Part shown: positions 9,436 to 17,905 of the stretch, piece after piece
Layout: each line of letters starts with the position of its first letter
How positions within the stretch are numbered: position 1 is the first letter of the stretch
From: a phage
Length of the DNA: 43,583 nucleotides
Strand: one strand, 5' to 3'
NCBI GenBank assembly: GCA_012646105.1
Contig: GCA_012646105.1_4328.1
The notes under the pieces: model-generated
Database searches by the model: none
What the model was told of the DNA's origin: nothing
What the model saw: the letters and a program-made list of their open reading frames with translations, nothing else
Made by a program: the position numbers and the translations under genes

Positions 9436-10566
9436 ATGGCCCAGAAGAAAATAACCGACGAACAGTTGCAGGAAGAATTGAACGCCGGGATGAAGAATAT
9501 CGACATCGCCCGTAAATACGGCATCTCAGACCGCGTTATTCGTATTCGTAAAGCAAAACTAGCTAAGAAAGGCGTAGGCCACGGGCGTGACGTCAGTCAC
9601 CTTGTGCCAGACGGCTACAAGATTAAAGGCACGTCGTCACTGGTGGACGAGTTCGGCAACACTAAGTTGCAATGGGTTAAGACCGACACTGACGCCGAAC
9701 GTCAGGTCGAGTTGATGAAAGCCGTAATCGAGGGCATGAAGTCAGAGATTAAACCGGTTGCGCCTGTTAAAGCGGCCCGAGCCAAACGTGACGATAAACT
9801 ACTCAATCTTTACACTGTATCTGATTTCCATCTCGGTATGCTGGCCTGGGCTGACGAGAGCGGCGACGACTGGGACATGAGGATTGCGGAAGACCTGTTC
9901 TCCCTCTGGTTCGATGCGGCGTTTCAGAAAGCGCCAGATGCAGGAACAGGGGTTATTAACCTGCTGGGCGACCTTGCGCACTTCGATAGTCTGGATGCCG
10001 TTACCCCAGCGAGCGGTCATATTCTTGACGCTGACACGCGCTACCAGAAACTGGTCCGCTACATGATTCGTATGGTCCGCCGTGTTGTCGATATGGCCCT
10101 CGTTAAGCATAAAAATGTTCGCCTGCTTATCGTGCAAGGGAACCACGACGAAAGTGGAATGATTTGGTTAGCTGAGATGTTCAGTACGCTGTACGACAAT
10201 GAGCCTCGTGTGTTCGTCGATACGTCACCGGATGTTTACAAGATGGTGCAACACGGCAAAACTACGCTGTTCTTCCATCACGGGCATAAAGCACGATTCG
10301 ACGCTATTGAACCGGTTATGATTGCCAAGTTCCGCAAAGCGTTCGGCGAAAGCGAGTACAGCTACGCCCATGTAGGGCACCTGCACCATCAGAAGATTGT
10401 AGAAAGCCGTAACATGATTGTTGAACAACACCGCACATTAGCGGCAAAAGATGCCTACGCCTCCCGCGGCGGATGGATGTCGGGCCGTAGCGCAAACGTA
10501 ATTACTTATAGCGCCGAATATGGCGAGATCGCACGTTTAACGATTTCACCGGAGATGCTGGGATGA
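9436..10566 (+). CDS. N-terminal HTH fused to calcineurin-like metallophosphoesterase (376 aa)
   Basis: HTH-like segment aa 18-45; phosphoesterase motifs D130-x-H132, G178-D179, G235-N-H-D238, H281-H-G-H284, G314-H-L-H317; RBS AGGAAG upstream. Confidence 0.7.
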   Translation: MAQKKITDEQLQEELNAGMKNIDIARKYGISDRVIRIRKAKLAKKGVGHGRDVSHLVPDGYKIKGTSSLVDEFGNTKLQWVKTDTDAERQVELMKAVIEGMKSEIKPVAPVKAARAKRDDKLLNLYTVSDFHLGMLAWADESGDDWDMRIAEDLFSLWFDAAFQKAPDAGTGVINLLGDLAHFDSLDAVTPASGHILDADTRYQKLVRYMIRMVRRVVDMALVKHKNVRLLIVQGNHDESGMIWLAEMFSTLYDNEPRVFVDTSPDVYKMVQHGKTTLFFHHGHKARFDAIEPVMIAKFRKAFGESEYSYAHVGHLHHQKIVESRNMIVEQHRTLAAKDAYASRGGWMSGRSANVITYSAEYGEIARLTISPEMLG

Positions 10567-10793
10567 CTTCAAAATACAACCGCACAATGACAAACACTCA
10601 CGGAAGCACTATGACCGTAGACGTTTATGATGTGCTACGTGCCTTCGACATCCGTGACCCTGCGCTACAGCATGCATTGAAGAAACTATTGTGCATGGGC
10701 TTGCGGGGGCACAAAGACACCGGAACCGACTTAGCGGAAGCAATTGAAAGTCTGGAGAAGTTACGGGAGTACCGGAGTAACATTGATGAGTGA
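10563..10793 (+). CDS. hypothetical protein (76 aa), translationally coupled to phosphoesterase gene
   Basis: ATGA start/stop overlap with 9436..10566. Confidence 0.5.
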   Translation: MTSKYNRTMTNTHGSTMTVDVYDVLRAFDIRDPALQHALKKLLCMGLRGHKDTGTDLAEAIESLEKLREYRSNIDE

Positions 10794-10800
10794 GGCTGTA

Positions 10801-10962
10801 ATGAAAACAATATACGTAATCCGTGTATATGATGAAGAATGGGACGAGTGGGTTGATATTTATGCCGTAGGTAGTAAGGAAGAGGCCTCTAAAGAGATGG
10901 CAGAACGGAGTGACCGAGGTCAGTTAACTAACTTCTACGAAATGCCATTTAAAAGTGAGTAA
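10801..10962 (+). CDS. small acidic hypothetical protein (53 aa; alternative ATG at 10786)
   Basis: GAGG 5 nt upstream of ATG 10801; acidic stretch DEEWDEWVD; followed by terminator hairpin. Confidence 0.45.
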   Translation: MKTIYVIRVYDEEWDEWVDIYAVGSKEEASKEMAERSDRGQLTNFYEMPFKSE

Positions 10963-10965
10963 GAA

Positions 10966-10985
10966 AAGGCCCCGAAAGGGACCTT
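10966..10985. terminator. bidirectional stem-loop terminator between plus-strand cassette and major tail gene
   Basis: AAGGCCCC-GAAA-GGGACCTT hairpin (G-U wobble on minus-strand RNA) flanked by T-rich runs on both strands. Confidence 0.5.
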
Positions 10986-10989
10986 AGTT

Positions 10990-12162
10990 TTATGCGTAGG
11001 TGATACGCTGGATAACGATAGACGACTGGTACTGATTGCCTGTGGACTGCCCTTCTATACTCTGGGTTATTGATTCCGGGCCAGATATTTCTGGGGTGAC
11101 CGCCGTAAGCTCTGCGCGTTTCAGACTAAAAGACATGGCCCCATTTACCCCCGCCAGAATAGAGTTAATCTCCACCTGCTGCTCGTTGATAAACTTCTGA
11201 ATCATCACCATGTCGTACAGCTTGCCGGAGATGGAGAAGGTATTAGCCGCGCGACCACGTTCCACGAACGCAACGCTACTGTTGCCTAGTTCGAACTGAG
11301 CAGATGCGCCGTTGTCGTTGGTGATGGTCAGAGTATCGCAACGCAACGGCGTAGAACCGTCGAACACAGACACATCTACAGATGAGAACGGCTCGTCAGT
11401 GAACGTAACCCGGGAGAAGTCGGAACCTGCTGGCGGCTCGGTGAGAATTTCCTGACTCAGACCGATGAACGGGAAGCTGCCTGTCACCATCGCGTTCACG
11501 GCCTGCTCGATAGTAAAACCGGAGATTTCCACGCCTTTGGTCAACATGTACGCGCTAGGGTTCCCGCACTGTCCTTTGAACCATGTCAGGATAGAGAACG
11601 TCTTACATGCGTTACCTGTTTCCAGTTTATCCCCGGTCTTAGCCTTACTGGTTTTTGTCTCTGTCGTCAGCGTGTGCTGAATGCCAGCGCCTGTTACTAC
11701 GAGCGCCTCGACCGCGGTCACGATAAACGGTTTTGCGTTGTCGCCGGTTAAGTCGGTGAATGCAATCAGGTCGCCAACCTCTACACCGTCAGCAATGAAG
11801 CTACCGGCAGCGCGGGTGAATGTTTTACCTGCTGGAGCGACCGTAATTTCAGCACCCGTAATCTCTACCCCATCCTGCCACGTAGAAGTCATAGCACCCG
11901 CAAGGAAATCATCCTGGCTACGTGAGCTAAGTTCGATGGCGTACTCCCCGCTAACCTGTTTGTTACCGGTGCGGATGGATGTGGTTTCTCTGCTGCCGTC
12001 GAGTTCGTTGGAAGTCAGCGCATCACGGGTTACCGCGGGAACACCGCCGGTGTTACGCAACGGCGACCATACCGGGTTACTTGGTGTTACGCCCGGGGTA
12101 ACTTCCGCCACATAGAATTGCGCGGTATTCGCGCCCTTAAAAGGAGTTGTAGCCATATTCAC
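10990..12162 (-). CDS. major tail (tube) protein (390 aa)
   Basis: size, Thr/Ser/Gly-rich beta-type composition, position upstream of chaperones, terminator directly downstream. Confidence 0.6.
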   Translation of the reverse strand: MNMATTPFKGANTAQFYVAEVTPGVTPSNPVWSPLRNTGGVPAVTRDALTSNELDGSRETTSIRTGNKQVSGEYAIELSSRSQDDFLAGAMTSTWQDGVEITGAEITVAPAGKTFTRAAGSFIADGVEVGDLIAFTDLTGDNAKPFIVTAVEALVVTGAGIQHTLTTETKTSKAKTGDKLETGNACKTFSILTWFKGQCGNPSAYMLTKGVEISGFTIEQAVNAMVTGSFPFIGLSQEILTEPPAGSDFSRVTFTDEPFSSVDVSVFDGSTPLRCDTLTITNDNGASAQFELGNSSVAFVERGRAANTFSISGKLYDMVMIQKFINEQQVEINSILAGVNGAMSFSLKRAELTAVTPEISGPESITQSIEGQSTGNQYQSSIVIQRITYA

Positions 12163-12575
12163 AGCCTCTTGGTGAATGCAATAAAGTTAATTGACAACGG
12201 CCGTTTGGCCCATCCGTTTTCTACAATCAGCGGCCCCAGGCTAACCGATTGAACCTCGGCGCAGATGTCGTTACGTGAAAATGACTTACCTGCTTTAAAC
12301 GCCGTGTTAAGTAAGTCTGCCATTTTATTGATTGGCGCGCTACCTTTCACCGATGCGTAGTTAATGTCGACCTGATAAACACCTGAGCGTTGTTCTGTGA
12401 AGAACAAATCCGCCTGTTCTGTATCCGCAAGTAACATGTAACTTGCCAGATACGGCGTGTCGGTTGACGTCGGCGCGTCGATGTTTTCAAGCGAGACCTT
12501 GATGCCGTTGGTTGTTCCGAAGGCTACCAGCGGCACATCAAATGCTTTGGTTAAGTCCTCAAAGTAGCCCATCAT
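12159..12575 (-). CDS. tail terminator / tail completion protein (position-based)
   Basis: 138 aa ORF immediately upstream of major tail gene, 4 nt overlap. Confidence 0.45.
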   Translation of the reverse strand: MMGYFEDLTKAFDVPLVAFGTTNGIKVSLENIDAPTSTDTPYLASYMLLADTEQADLFFTEQRSGVYQVDINYASVKGSAPINKMADLLNTAFKAGKSFSRNDICAEVQSVSLGPLIVENGWAKRPLSINFIAFTKRL

Positions 12576-12967
12576 TTCACCTTGTTGGCTTCTTCGTTAA
12601 TGAGTTGCTGGAAGCGGGACACATTCACCCGGACAAATCCTTGTGGCGCTTGCTGCGACCAGCCATACTCCAGCCGTTGTGCATACGGCAGATTATTTGT
12701 CAGCGTGAACTCGTGCCAGTCTGCGGCTTTCAGTACGAAACTTGTAGCGTTTCCGGTTGCCGTGTTTCCTGATTTATCGGTGGCGTCCGTAATCCCGGAA
12801 GCAGAAGTACCACCAGACGCCATCCAGTTCATACGAAAGCGGCCGGTGTCCACTGGACTAGCCTTTATGATAGCGGAAAACAGCTTGATAGACACCTGAC
12901 GCATCACCTTCTCAGGATTCTTCTTCGCCTTTTCCACGAACTTAGAGACATCAAGCGCGAAACTCAT
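12572..12967 (-). CDS. neck protein, HK97 gp10-like head-tail joining family (by recollection)
   Basis: 131 aa ORF in connector block; coupled overlaps on both sides. Confidence 0.45.
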   Translation of the reverse strand: MSFALDVSKFVEKAKKNPEKVMRQVSIKLFSAIIKASPVDTGRFRMNWMASGGTSASGITDATDKSGNTATGNATSFVLKAADWHEFTLTNNLPYAQRLEYGWSQQAPQGFVRVNVSRFQQLINEEANKVK

Positions 12968-13323
12968 TTTCTCACCTGAATAAAGTAGGCCACGACATCA
13001 TTGTTAACCATCTTCTTCTCGATAGCTACGACAGACCATTGCTCGCCGCCGAATTGCACCTTGTCTTCCATTTTCGGGACGACACTGCAATCCGCTTTAA
13101 CAATCATGTCGCCCGCCTGAATCGTCGTACCGTTCACCAGTCCTGCGTTAACAGGAACCGGAACAGCTTTCAACGGCAGCACTTCATCCGCGGACCGGAC
13201 ATACTCACCGAGAACTTCATCCCACACTTTCGAGCCAGCACGAACCAGAGATACCGTGCTACCGAATTTGGTTAGCAGACGTGTACCCACGCCTTGCATA
13301 CGTTTACTGAAAGCGGTGCTCAT
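12964..13323 (-). CDS. head-tail connector (head closure) protein, start refined to internal ATG
   Basis: ATG at 13323 has RBS AAGAGGTG 6 nt upstream; ORF-track start 13404 has no RBS. Confidence 0.45.
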   Translation of the reverse strand: MSTAFSKRMQGVGTRLLTKFGSTVSLVRAGSKVWDEVLGEYVRSADEVLPLKAVPVPVNAGLVNGTTIQAGDMIVKADCSVVPKMEDKVQFGGEQWSVVAIEKKMVNNDVVAYFIQVRK

Positions 13324-13417
13324 TTTAACACCTCTTGCAGCGTCAAAAGAACACCGTAACTGTGCAAGACTACCGCGGTAAGAAAACCAAAAACTAAACC
13401 ACATGCGAACTTATTCA

Positions 13418-14008
13418 TCAAGCGGCCTCCAGTCTCGAGATAACCAGTAGCGCCGACGGTGCCGTACCCCATGAGGTTACTGTAGCCGCTTGTGGGTATA
13501 CACCGCCGAAGTTGGCCCCGGCGCTATCCCGCATAATCTGAACGGCAAACGTCTGGCCTGCGGTTGGGTTAATAACGACGCGGGACTCAATAGGAATTGT
13601 TATGTCGACGCTGACTATTTTTGTGGCAGCGGGAGAGCCGTACTGAGCACCGTTGATGAGGATGCGCGATAACAGGATAGATGTACCGCTCGCTCCAGTG
13701 CGCCCCGCCTGTAACTTGATGCGGACGGCATAATTACCCGCAGCATTAAGCATTACCGGGTCAGATGCGCTACCCTGAGCAGAGCCGAAAGTTAACTGCA
13801 ATGCTGTATCTACTGCGGCGGGCGCTTGCGCTACTGTTGACGCTGCGCGGAGAACTTCAACCTCTTTAACACCGGGAGTGGCGTAAATAGGTGAGTCCGC
13901 CATCTGGGTTAATACCCCGCGCAGCTTCGCTGGCGTGATAAGTCCGGTCGTGTTGTCTGGTAGCTCGGAACCGATTAGCGTGAATATCTCTGTTTTAGTA
14001 TTCGCCAT
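13418..14008 (-). CDS. structural protein of unknown role (196 aa)
   Basis: six-frame ORF within connector block. Confidence 0.45.
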   Translation of the reverse strand: MANTKTEIFTLIGSELPDNTTGLITPAKLRGVLTQMADSPIYATPGVKEVEVLRAASTVAQAPAAVDTALQLTFGSAQGSASDPVMLNAAGNYAVRIKLQAGRTGASGTSILLSRILINGAQYGSPAATKIVSVDITIPIESRVVINPTAGQTFAVQIMRDSAGANFGGVYPQAATVTSWGTAPSALLVISRLEAA

Positions 14009-14010
14009 TT

Positions 14011-14523
14011 TTAACCCCGGTACACGTTAAACGAGAAGCCATTGTTAAGACCGCCGCACAGTAACGGGCGTAAGGCGTCGTCCGCAGCCGTAATCGCGGT
14101 CGTAGCGCCACTGTTGCCGTTGTTGAAGTAGGTCACTGTCACTGCACCCTCGACACGCTCAGTCTGCACGGAACGGCCGTCTGAGTTAGCCCGCACTTCG
14201 GTGCCTGCGCCATACGTAACTGCGGCGATTACCTGCGCAAGAATTATCTGTTTCGGGATAACACTGTTCGCTACAGGGAAGCCATTTAACGTTACGCCGG
14301 TGCGAGGATACGCAAGAGACTGTTCTGCCGACACGCGTCTACCGCACATCTGCGGTTCTGCAAGCCCGACATAAGTAGCACCGTTGCGCAGGGCCACCTC
14401 TGCGGCGGTATCATCTGCCGGTAACTCAAGGCCATAATTAGCCGCTAACGCGCGGGCGTCAGCCAGGCTAATGTAACTGTCAGCGCCAGGTACTATTGAC
14501 CCATCTTCCACGATTAGCGGCAT
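14011..14523 (-). CDS. head-tail adaptor (gp6-like connector, position and N-terminus MPLIVEDGS...)
   Basis: 170 aa ORF downstream of capsid genes. Confidence 0.45.
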   Translation of the reverse strand: MPLIVEDGSIVPGADSYISLADARALAANYGLELPADDTAAEVALRNGATYVGLAEPQMCGRRVSAEQSLAYPRTGVTLNGFPVANSVIPKQIILAQVIAAVTYGAGTEVRANSDGRSVQTERVEGAVTVTYFNNGNSGATTAITAADDALRPLLCGGLNNGFSFNVYRG

Positions 14524-14526
14524 AAA

Positions 14527-14706
14527 TTATTCCTCTGACTTACGGCGGCGACGCTTAGTACCACCACCGTTGTTGTGCGCTTCTTCGCTGTCCGGTTGAA
14601 CCGCTACCAGTTCATCCGCTTCTACCGCACCGCGAACAGGCATCACCTGACCGTCAACAATATCAACGTGGGTGTACTTTTCACGGATTACATAATTATC
14701 TGCCAT
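14527..14706 (-). CDS. small hypothetical protein (59 aa, MADNYVIREKYTHVDIVDG...)
   Basis: below ORF-track size cut-off; hand translated; RBS AAGGAAAGG 6-8 nt upstream; fills gap between annotated genes. Confidence 0.4.
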   Translation of the reverse strand: MADNYVIREKYTHVDIVDGQVMPVRGAVEADELVAVQPDSEEAHNNGGGTKRRRRKSEE

Positions 14707-14720
14707 GACCTTTCCTTATT

Positions 14721-14738
14721 ACGGCCCCGAAGGGCCGT
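14721..14738 (-). other. intergenic stem-loop ACGGCCC-CGAA-GGGCCGT
   Basis: perfect 7 bp stem with tetraloop between decoration gene and 59 aa ORF; possible attenuator or processing site. Confidence 0.35.
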
Positions 14739-14742
14739 TGCA

Positions 14743-15087
14743 TTAAGACACAGTTGCTACGGTGCTACTGGAGATAATATTACCATATACATCGTGAACA
14801 ACCACTTTATACGTGCCGGAGTCGGCAGACGCGACAGTGGTGGCTTTGGTGTAGGTAGCCGCAGTAGCGCCCGCGATAGCGTTGTTGTTCTTGTACCACT
14901 GGTAAGTGTACGGAGCCAGACCGCCAGTTACGGTTACAGTAAGGGTTAGCGCGCCAGGTGAGCTTACTGCGGTAGTCGCCGCGAGTGGGGCGGAAAAAGA
15001 TGCAGGGGCGATATTCGCCATATCGATTTTAGCGCCTACGGTATCGGCGGACACACCGGTAATACGACGTTTGATTACATCAACCAT
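14743..15087 (-). CDS. Ig-like domain protein (probable capsid decoration, 114 aa)
   Basis: I-set-like pattern PYTYQWYKNN...SGTYKVVVHD. Confidence 0.55.
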   Translation of the reverse strand: MVDVIKRRITGVSADTVGAKIDMANIAPASFSAPLAATTAVSSPGALTLTVTVTGGLAPYTYQWYKNNNAIAGATAATYTKATTVASADSGTYKVVVHDVYGNIISSSTVATVS

Positions 15088-15098
15088 TTTTAAGCTCC

Positions 15099-15470
15099 TC
15101 AGGATGCGATGATTTTAGCGGCACGAAGTTGTGCCAGTAAGGCGTTAAGTTGAGTGCCTACCGCGTTAACCGCAGTCTGTGCGGACGTAGCAACCGCGGC
15201 AGCCTCTTCACCCGTAACGGTCTGCGTGCCGACGTCTGTAACCGCAGCACCCTGAACGAACTTATTTCCCGCCATCGCGGTAGTCGAAGTTGTTCCGATC
15301 GCAAGGCTTGACGTACCTGCACCAATAGCGGTACGTGCCGCCTCTTGGGTCGCCCCCTCGGCGATTACCGCCGGTTTACCTGTTACTTCTTCCCAGCCTA
15401 CGCTGATATCCAAGTCGCCGAAGTCAACATTCTGAAGGCTGCGCGGCAAGCCTTTTCCGGTCTTAGCCAT
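15099..15470 (-). CDS. Ala/Thr-rich head decoration or fibre-like protein (123 aa)
   Basis: low-complexity Ala/Thr/Gly-rich ORF directly downstream of major capsid gene. Confidence 0.45.
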   Translation of the reverse strand: MAKTGKGLPRSLQNVDFGDLDISVGWEEVTGKPAVIAEGATQEAARTAIGAGTSSLAIGTTSTTAMAGNKFVQGAAVTDVGTQTVTGEEAAAVATSAQTAVNAVGTQLNALLAQLRAAKIIAS

Positions 15471-15493
15471 AAATTACCTCTTAGTAAATGAAA

Positions 15494-15513
15494 AGAGGGA
15501 CCGAAGTCCCTCT
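15494..15513 (-). terminator. rho-independent terminator after major capsid gene
   Basis: AGAGGGAC-CGAA-GTCCCTCT perfect 8 bp stem followed by T-run on minus strand. Confidence 0.55.
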
Positions 15514-15529
15514 CGATTATATATTAACC

Positions 15530-16579
15530 TTAAGCACCGACACCAGTTACCAGAAATGCAATCGGTACATGCTTACGATCAACAACGCGGTTCCAGTTGG
15601 AGGCGTTCGCCAGGTCCTGCCAGGAGGCAGAACGTGCGACAGTCTCGGTGCCGTTGCCGGTGATTACCGCGCTTGTGAAGCTGTAACCAAACGGGTGCAG
15701 CAGCCAGGTCTTACGAGTCCACAGGGTTTCGACGCCACCACCGTTACCGCGAGACGCTTCGCGTTCGTATTCCAGCGGGTTGGACGGATTGCCTTCACCG
15801 TAACCGATAGCACCGTTGCCGAAGATGATAGAAATGAACTTACGGCTATCGCCAGTACCAACTACGGTCATGCTGTCGTCAACAATCACACGGTAGCCCT
15901 GGTAGGCGGCGAACAAGGTGTCGTTGTCGGCATCTTTGATGAAGTCGATAAGCTGCTGCTTACGCGCCTGCGCATAAACGAAGCTGTGCATCGCGATAGC
16001 GCCCAGCACTTCACCGCCGTTGCCCATCAGCGCATCACCCATAGTCTGGGTAGCGTCGATGAATGCGCCCGCGTCGAAGCCCAGAGAAGCAGACACGTCG
16101 ATAACCATATCGTTCTGCGTATGGTATTCATCGGTAGCGGCTACGTTGTCGTTGTACAGACCGAGCGCGGTAGCAATCAGACGGCGTTGCGCCTGGCGCT
16201 GCCAGAAGTTATCCAGACGGGCCGCTACGGAGCGCAGCGGCTGCTGGCTGGTCAGTTCGACGGTCAAATCCGCCTGGCCGAAACCTTCGTTCAGGTAAGC
16301 TACACGAACATCCATCTCACCGGTCTGCACGTTACGCGGGGTAGCGATGTCCTGGTATACGTCGTTCGAGTAGTTCGGCTCGATAGAGGTGTCAATCGCT
16401 TTCCAGTACGGCAGAACCGCTTTGTTGGACGGGCCGTTAGCGATAGCAGCGGCGTACGGAGTCTGGGTCAGAATACCGGACTGGAAGAACGCGGTTTTTT
16501 CTACCGGGTCCTCGGTCATGTAAGACAGAATTACCGATTCTTTACCAGTTACGATATCGCCAATAGTAGTAATTGCCAT
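15530..16579 (-). CDS. major capsid protein (349 aa)
   Basis: size and position after scaffold, terminator immediately downstream. Confidence 0.75.
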   Translation of the reverse strand: MAITTIGDIVTGKESVILSYMTEDPVEKTAFFQSGILTQTPYAAAIANGPSNKAVLPYWKAIDTSIEPNYSNDVYQDIATPRNVQTGEMDVRVAYLNEGFGQADLTVELTSQQPLRSVAARLDNFWQRQAQRRLIATALGLYNDNVAATDEYHTQNDMVIDVSASLGFDAGAFIDATQTMGDALMGNGGEVLGAIAMHSFVYAQARKQQLIDFIKDADNDTLFAAYQGYRVIVDDSMTVVGTGDSRKFISIIFGNGAIGYGEGNPSNPLEYEREASRGNGGGVETLWTRKTWLLHPFGYSFTSAVITGNGTETVARSASWQDLANASNWNRVVDRKHVPIAFLVTGVGA

Positions 16580-17283
16580 TATTTTTTCCTCAGGGCTTTA
16601 AGTTGCCGTTCAAATTCGGCAGGGTTCGATTCGTACAGAGCGATACGCTCCGCTTCACTCATGTCTTTAAACGCTGGTGCGGCCCCGCCGCCTTTGCCGC
16701 CGGAAGCCCCGCCGCCGGAAGCTGCATTTGCTTTAATCAAATGCGAAAACGCTTTGTGTTCACGCAGATATTTGCGGAACTGTTCCGGGTCAGTCGTGAT
16801 TACGTTGCCGTCTGCACCAACAAACTTAGTAACCACATCATCGCCTTCGAACTCAGTCTTAACGAACGGTGCAAGAATGTCCACTGCTTCAGGGGTGATA
16901 AAGTCGCCCGCGAAAGAGCCTAACACCGCTTTACGTTCGCTGCCGAGGATGCGCTCTGCCATTCTGGAGATGCGACCATCTTTCTCGGCTAACACCGGGT
17001 CATACTGGCTACGAATCGTCTTTTCGAACTCGTCCATCTTACCGGCGGCTTTTAACGCCTCCTGGTGTGCGCGCTGTCGTTCTTCTTCGGCCTCTTTTGC
17101 TTTACGGGCGGCTTCTTTCTTCTCCGCCAGCAATGCTTCCTGATTAGCCTTAAGCCCGGCCACTTCTTTCTCAATCAGCGCCTGAACTTCTTCAGCGGTG
17201 AACATTTTTGGCGCATCACCGCCACCAGCTTTATCTTCTGCCCCAGCTTCTTCCTGGAACGGATAACGTAAAAAACGATTCAT
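16579..17283 (-). CDS. scaffolding protein (start at ATG 17283; ORF-track start 17337 is TTG)
   Basis: charged coiled-coil-type sequence (EEVQALIEKEVAGLKANQEALLAEKKEAARKAKEAEEERQRAHQEALKAAGKMDE) directly upstream of capsid gene. Confidence 0.65.
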   Translation of the reverse strand: MNRFLRYPFQEEAGAEDKAGGGDAPKMFTAEEVQALIEKEVAGLKANQEALLAEKKEAARKAKEAEEERQRAHQEALKAAGKMDEFEKTIRSQYDPVLAEKDGRISRMAERILGSERKAVLGSFAGDFITPEAVDILAPFVKTEFEGDDVVTKFVGADGNVITTDPEQFRKYLREHKAFSHLIKANAASGGGASGGKGGGAAPAFKDMSEAERIALYESNPAEFERQLKALRKK

Positions 17284-17365
17284 AGTCAGTATGTCCCCTG
17301 GACGTTGGAACCCGGGCCACCCGGATTTACATGTCAAGAATAAATTATTCCAACATGCAAGGCAA

Positions 17366-17629
17366 CTATTCCAGAATATTCCTTACATAATCCTGCAGCA
17401 TGAACACCTTCAGGCGCAGTTGCCGTACACATTCGGCATTCTGAACATCGATAGCCAAATCCTCGTCGGCGTCGCTACTTGGCGTGGCCAGTTTGCACGG
17501 CGGCTGCATCATCGTCGTATCCGGGAATGGAATTGGCGTTTGCGACGGCGCGGGACTTGAGCAGGACGCGAGCATCATCGAAAGTGCACACGCTGCGGCC
17601 AGGCGTTCTAATGTACTTAACGACTTCAC
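17366..17629 (-). CDS. Rz1-like outer-membrane spanin lipoprotein (87 aa)
   Basis: signal peptide ending in lipobox LASC, Pro-rich mature region; ORF starts inside the i-spanin gene in another frame. Confidence 0.6.
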   Translation of the reverse strand: MKSLSTLERLAAACALSMMLASCSSPAPSQTPIPFPDTTMMQPPCKLATPSSDADEDLAIDVQNAECVRQLRLKVFMLQDYVRNILE

Positions 17630-17861
17630 GGGTAATCACCTCTGATTTCGTCTTGCCTTCGTTGTCAGCGGCGGCTGCCTTTGATTCGTCCTGCTGCTGC
17701 CGTTGTGTTTTCTTCGCTAACTCGGCCTGCGCTTCTTGCTGTTGCTGTGAAACGAGATTCGCCCGGCCTTCGTTCCAGCCGCTGCGGTATTGAAAGTAGC
17801 CGTGTGCGTAAGCCAGGATGATGAAACATGCTCCAGCTACGACAGTTGCTTTAAGATTCAT
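17475..17861 (-). CDS. Rz-like inner-membrane spanin (128 aa)
   Basis: N-terminal TMD (VVAGACFIILAYAHGYF), Gln/Glu/Ala-rich coiled coil, overlapping o-spanin ORF. Confidence 0.65.
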   Translation of the reverse strand: MNLKATVVAGACFIILAYAHGYFQYRSGWNEGRANLVSQQQQEAQAELAKKTQRQQQDESKAAAADNEGKTKSEVITREVVKYIRTPGRSVCTFDDARVLLKSRAVANANSIPGYDDDAAAVQTGHAK

Positions 17862-17885
17862 GTTTCTCCTTTCTCGATAAGTAAA

Positions 17886-17905
17886 GCCCCGCCTTAAAGC
17901 GGGGC
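17886..17905 (-). other. stem-loop GCCCCGC-CTTAAA-GCGGGGC about 25 nt upstream of spanin start
   Basis: 7 bp GC stem followed by T-rich tract on minus strand; putative attenuator or terminator. Confidence 0.35.

Noticed and set aside
15488-17143. 551 aa plus-strand ORF
   Set aside because: Antisense to the major capsid and scaffold genes; Arg/Val-rich low-complexity translation with no RBS; typical antisense-frame artefact.
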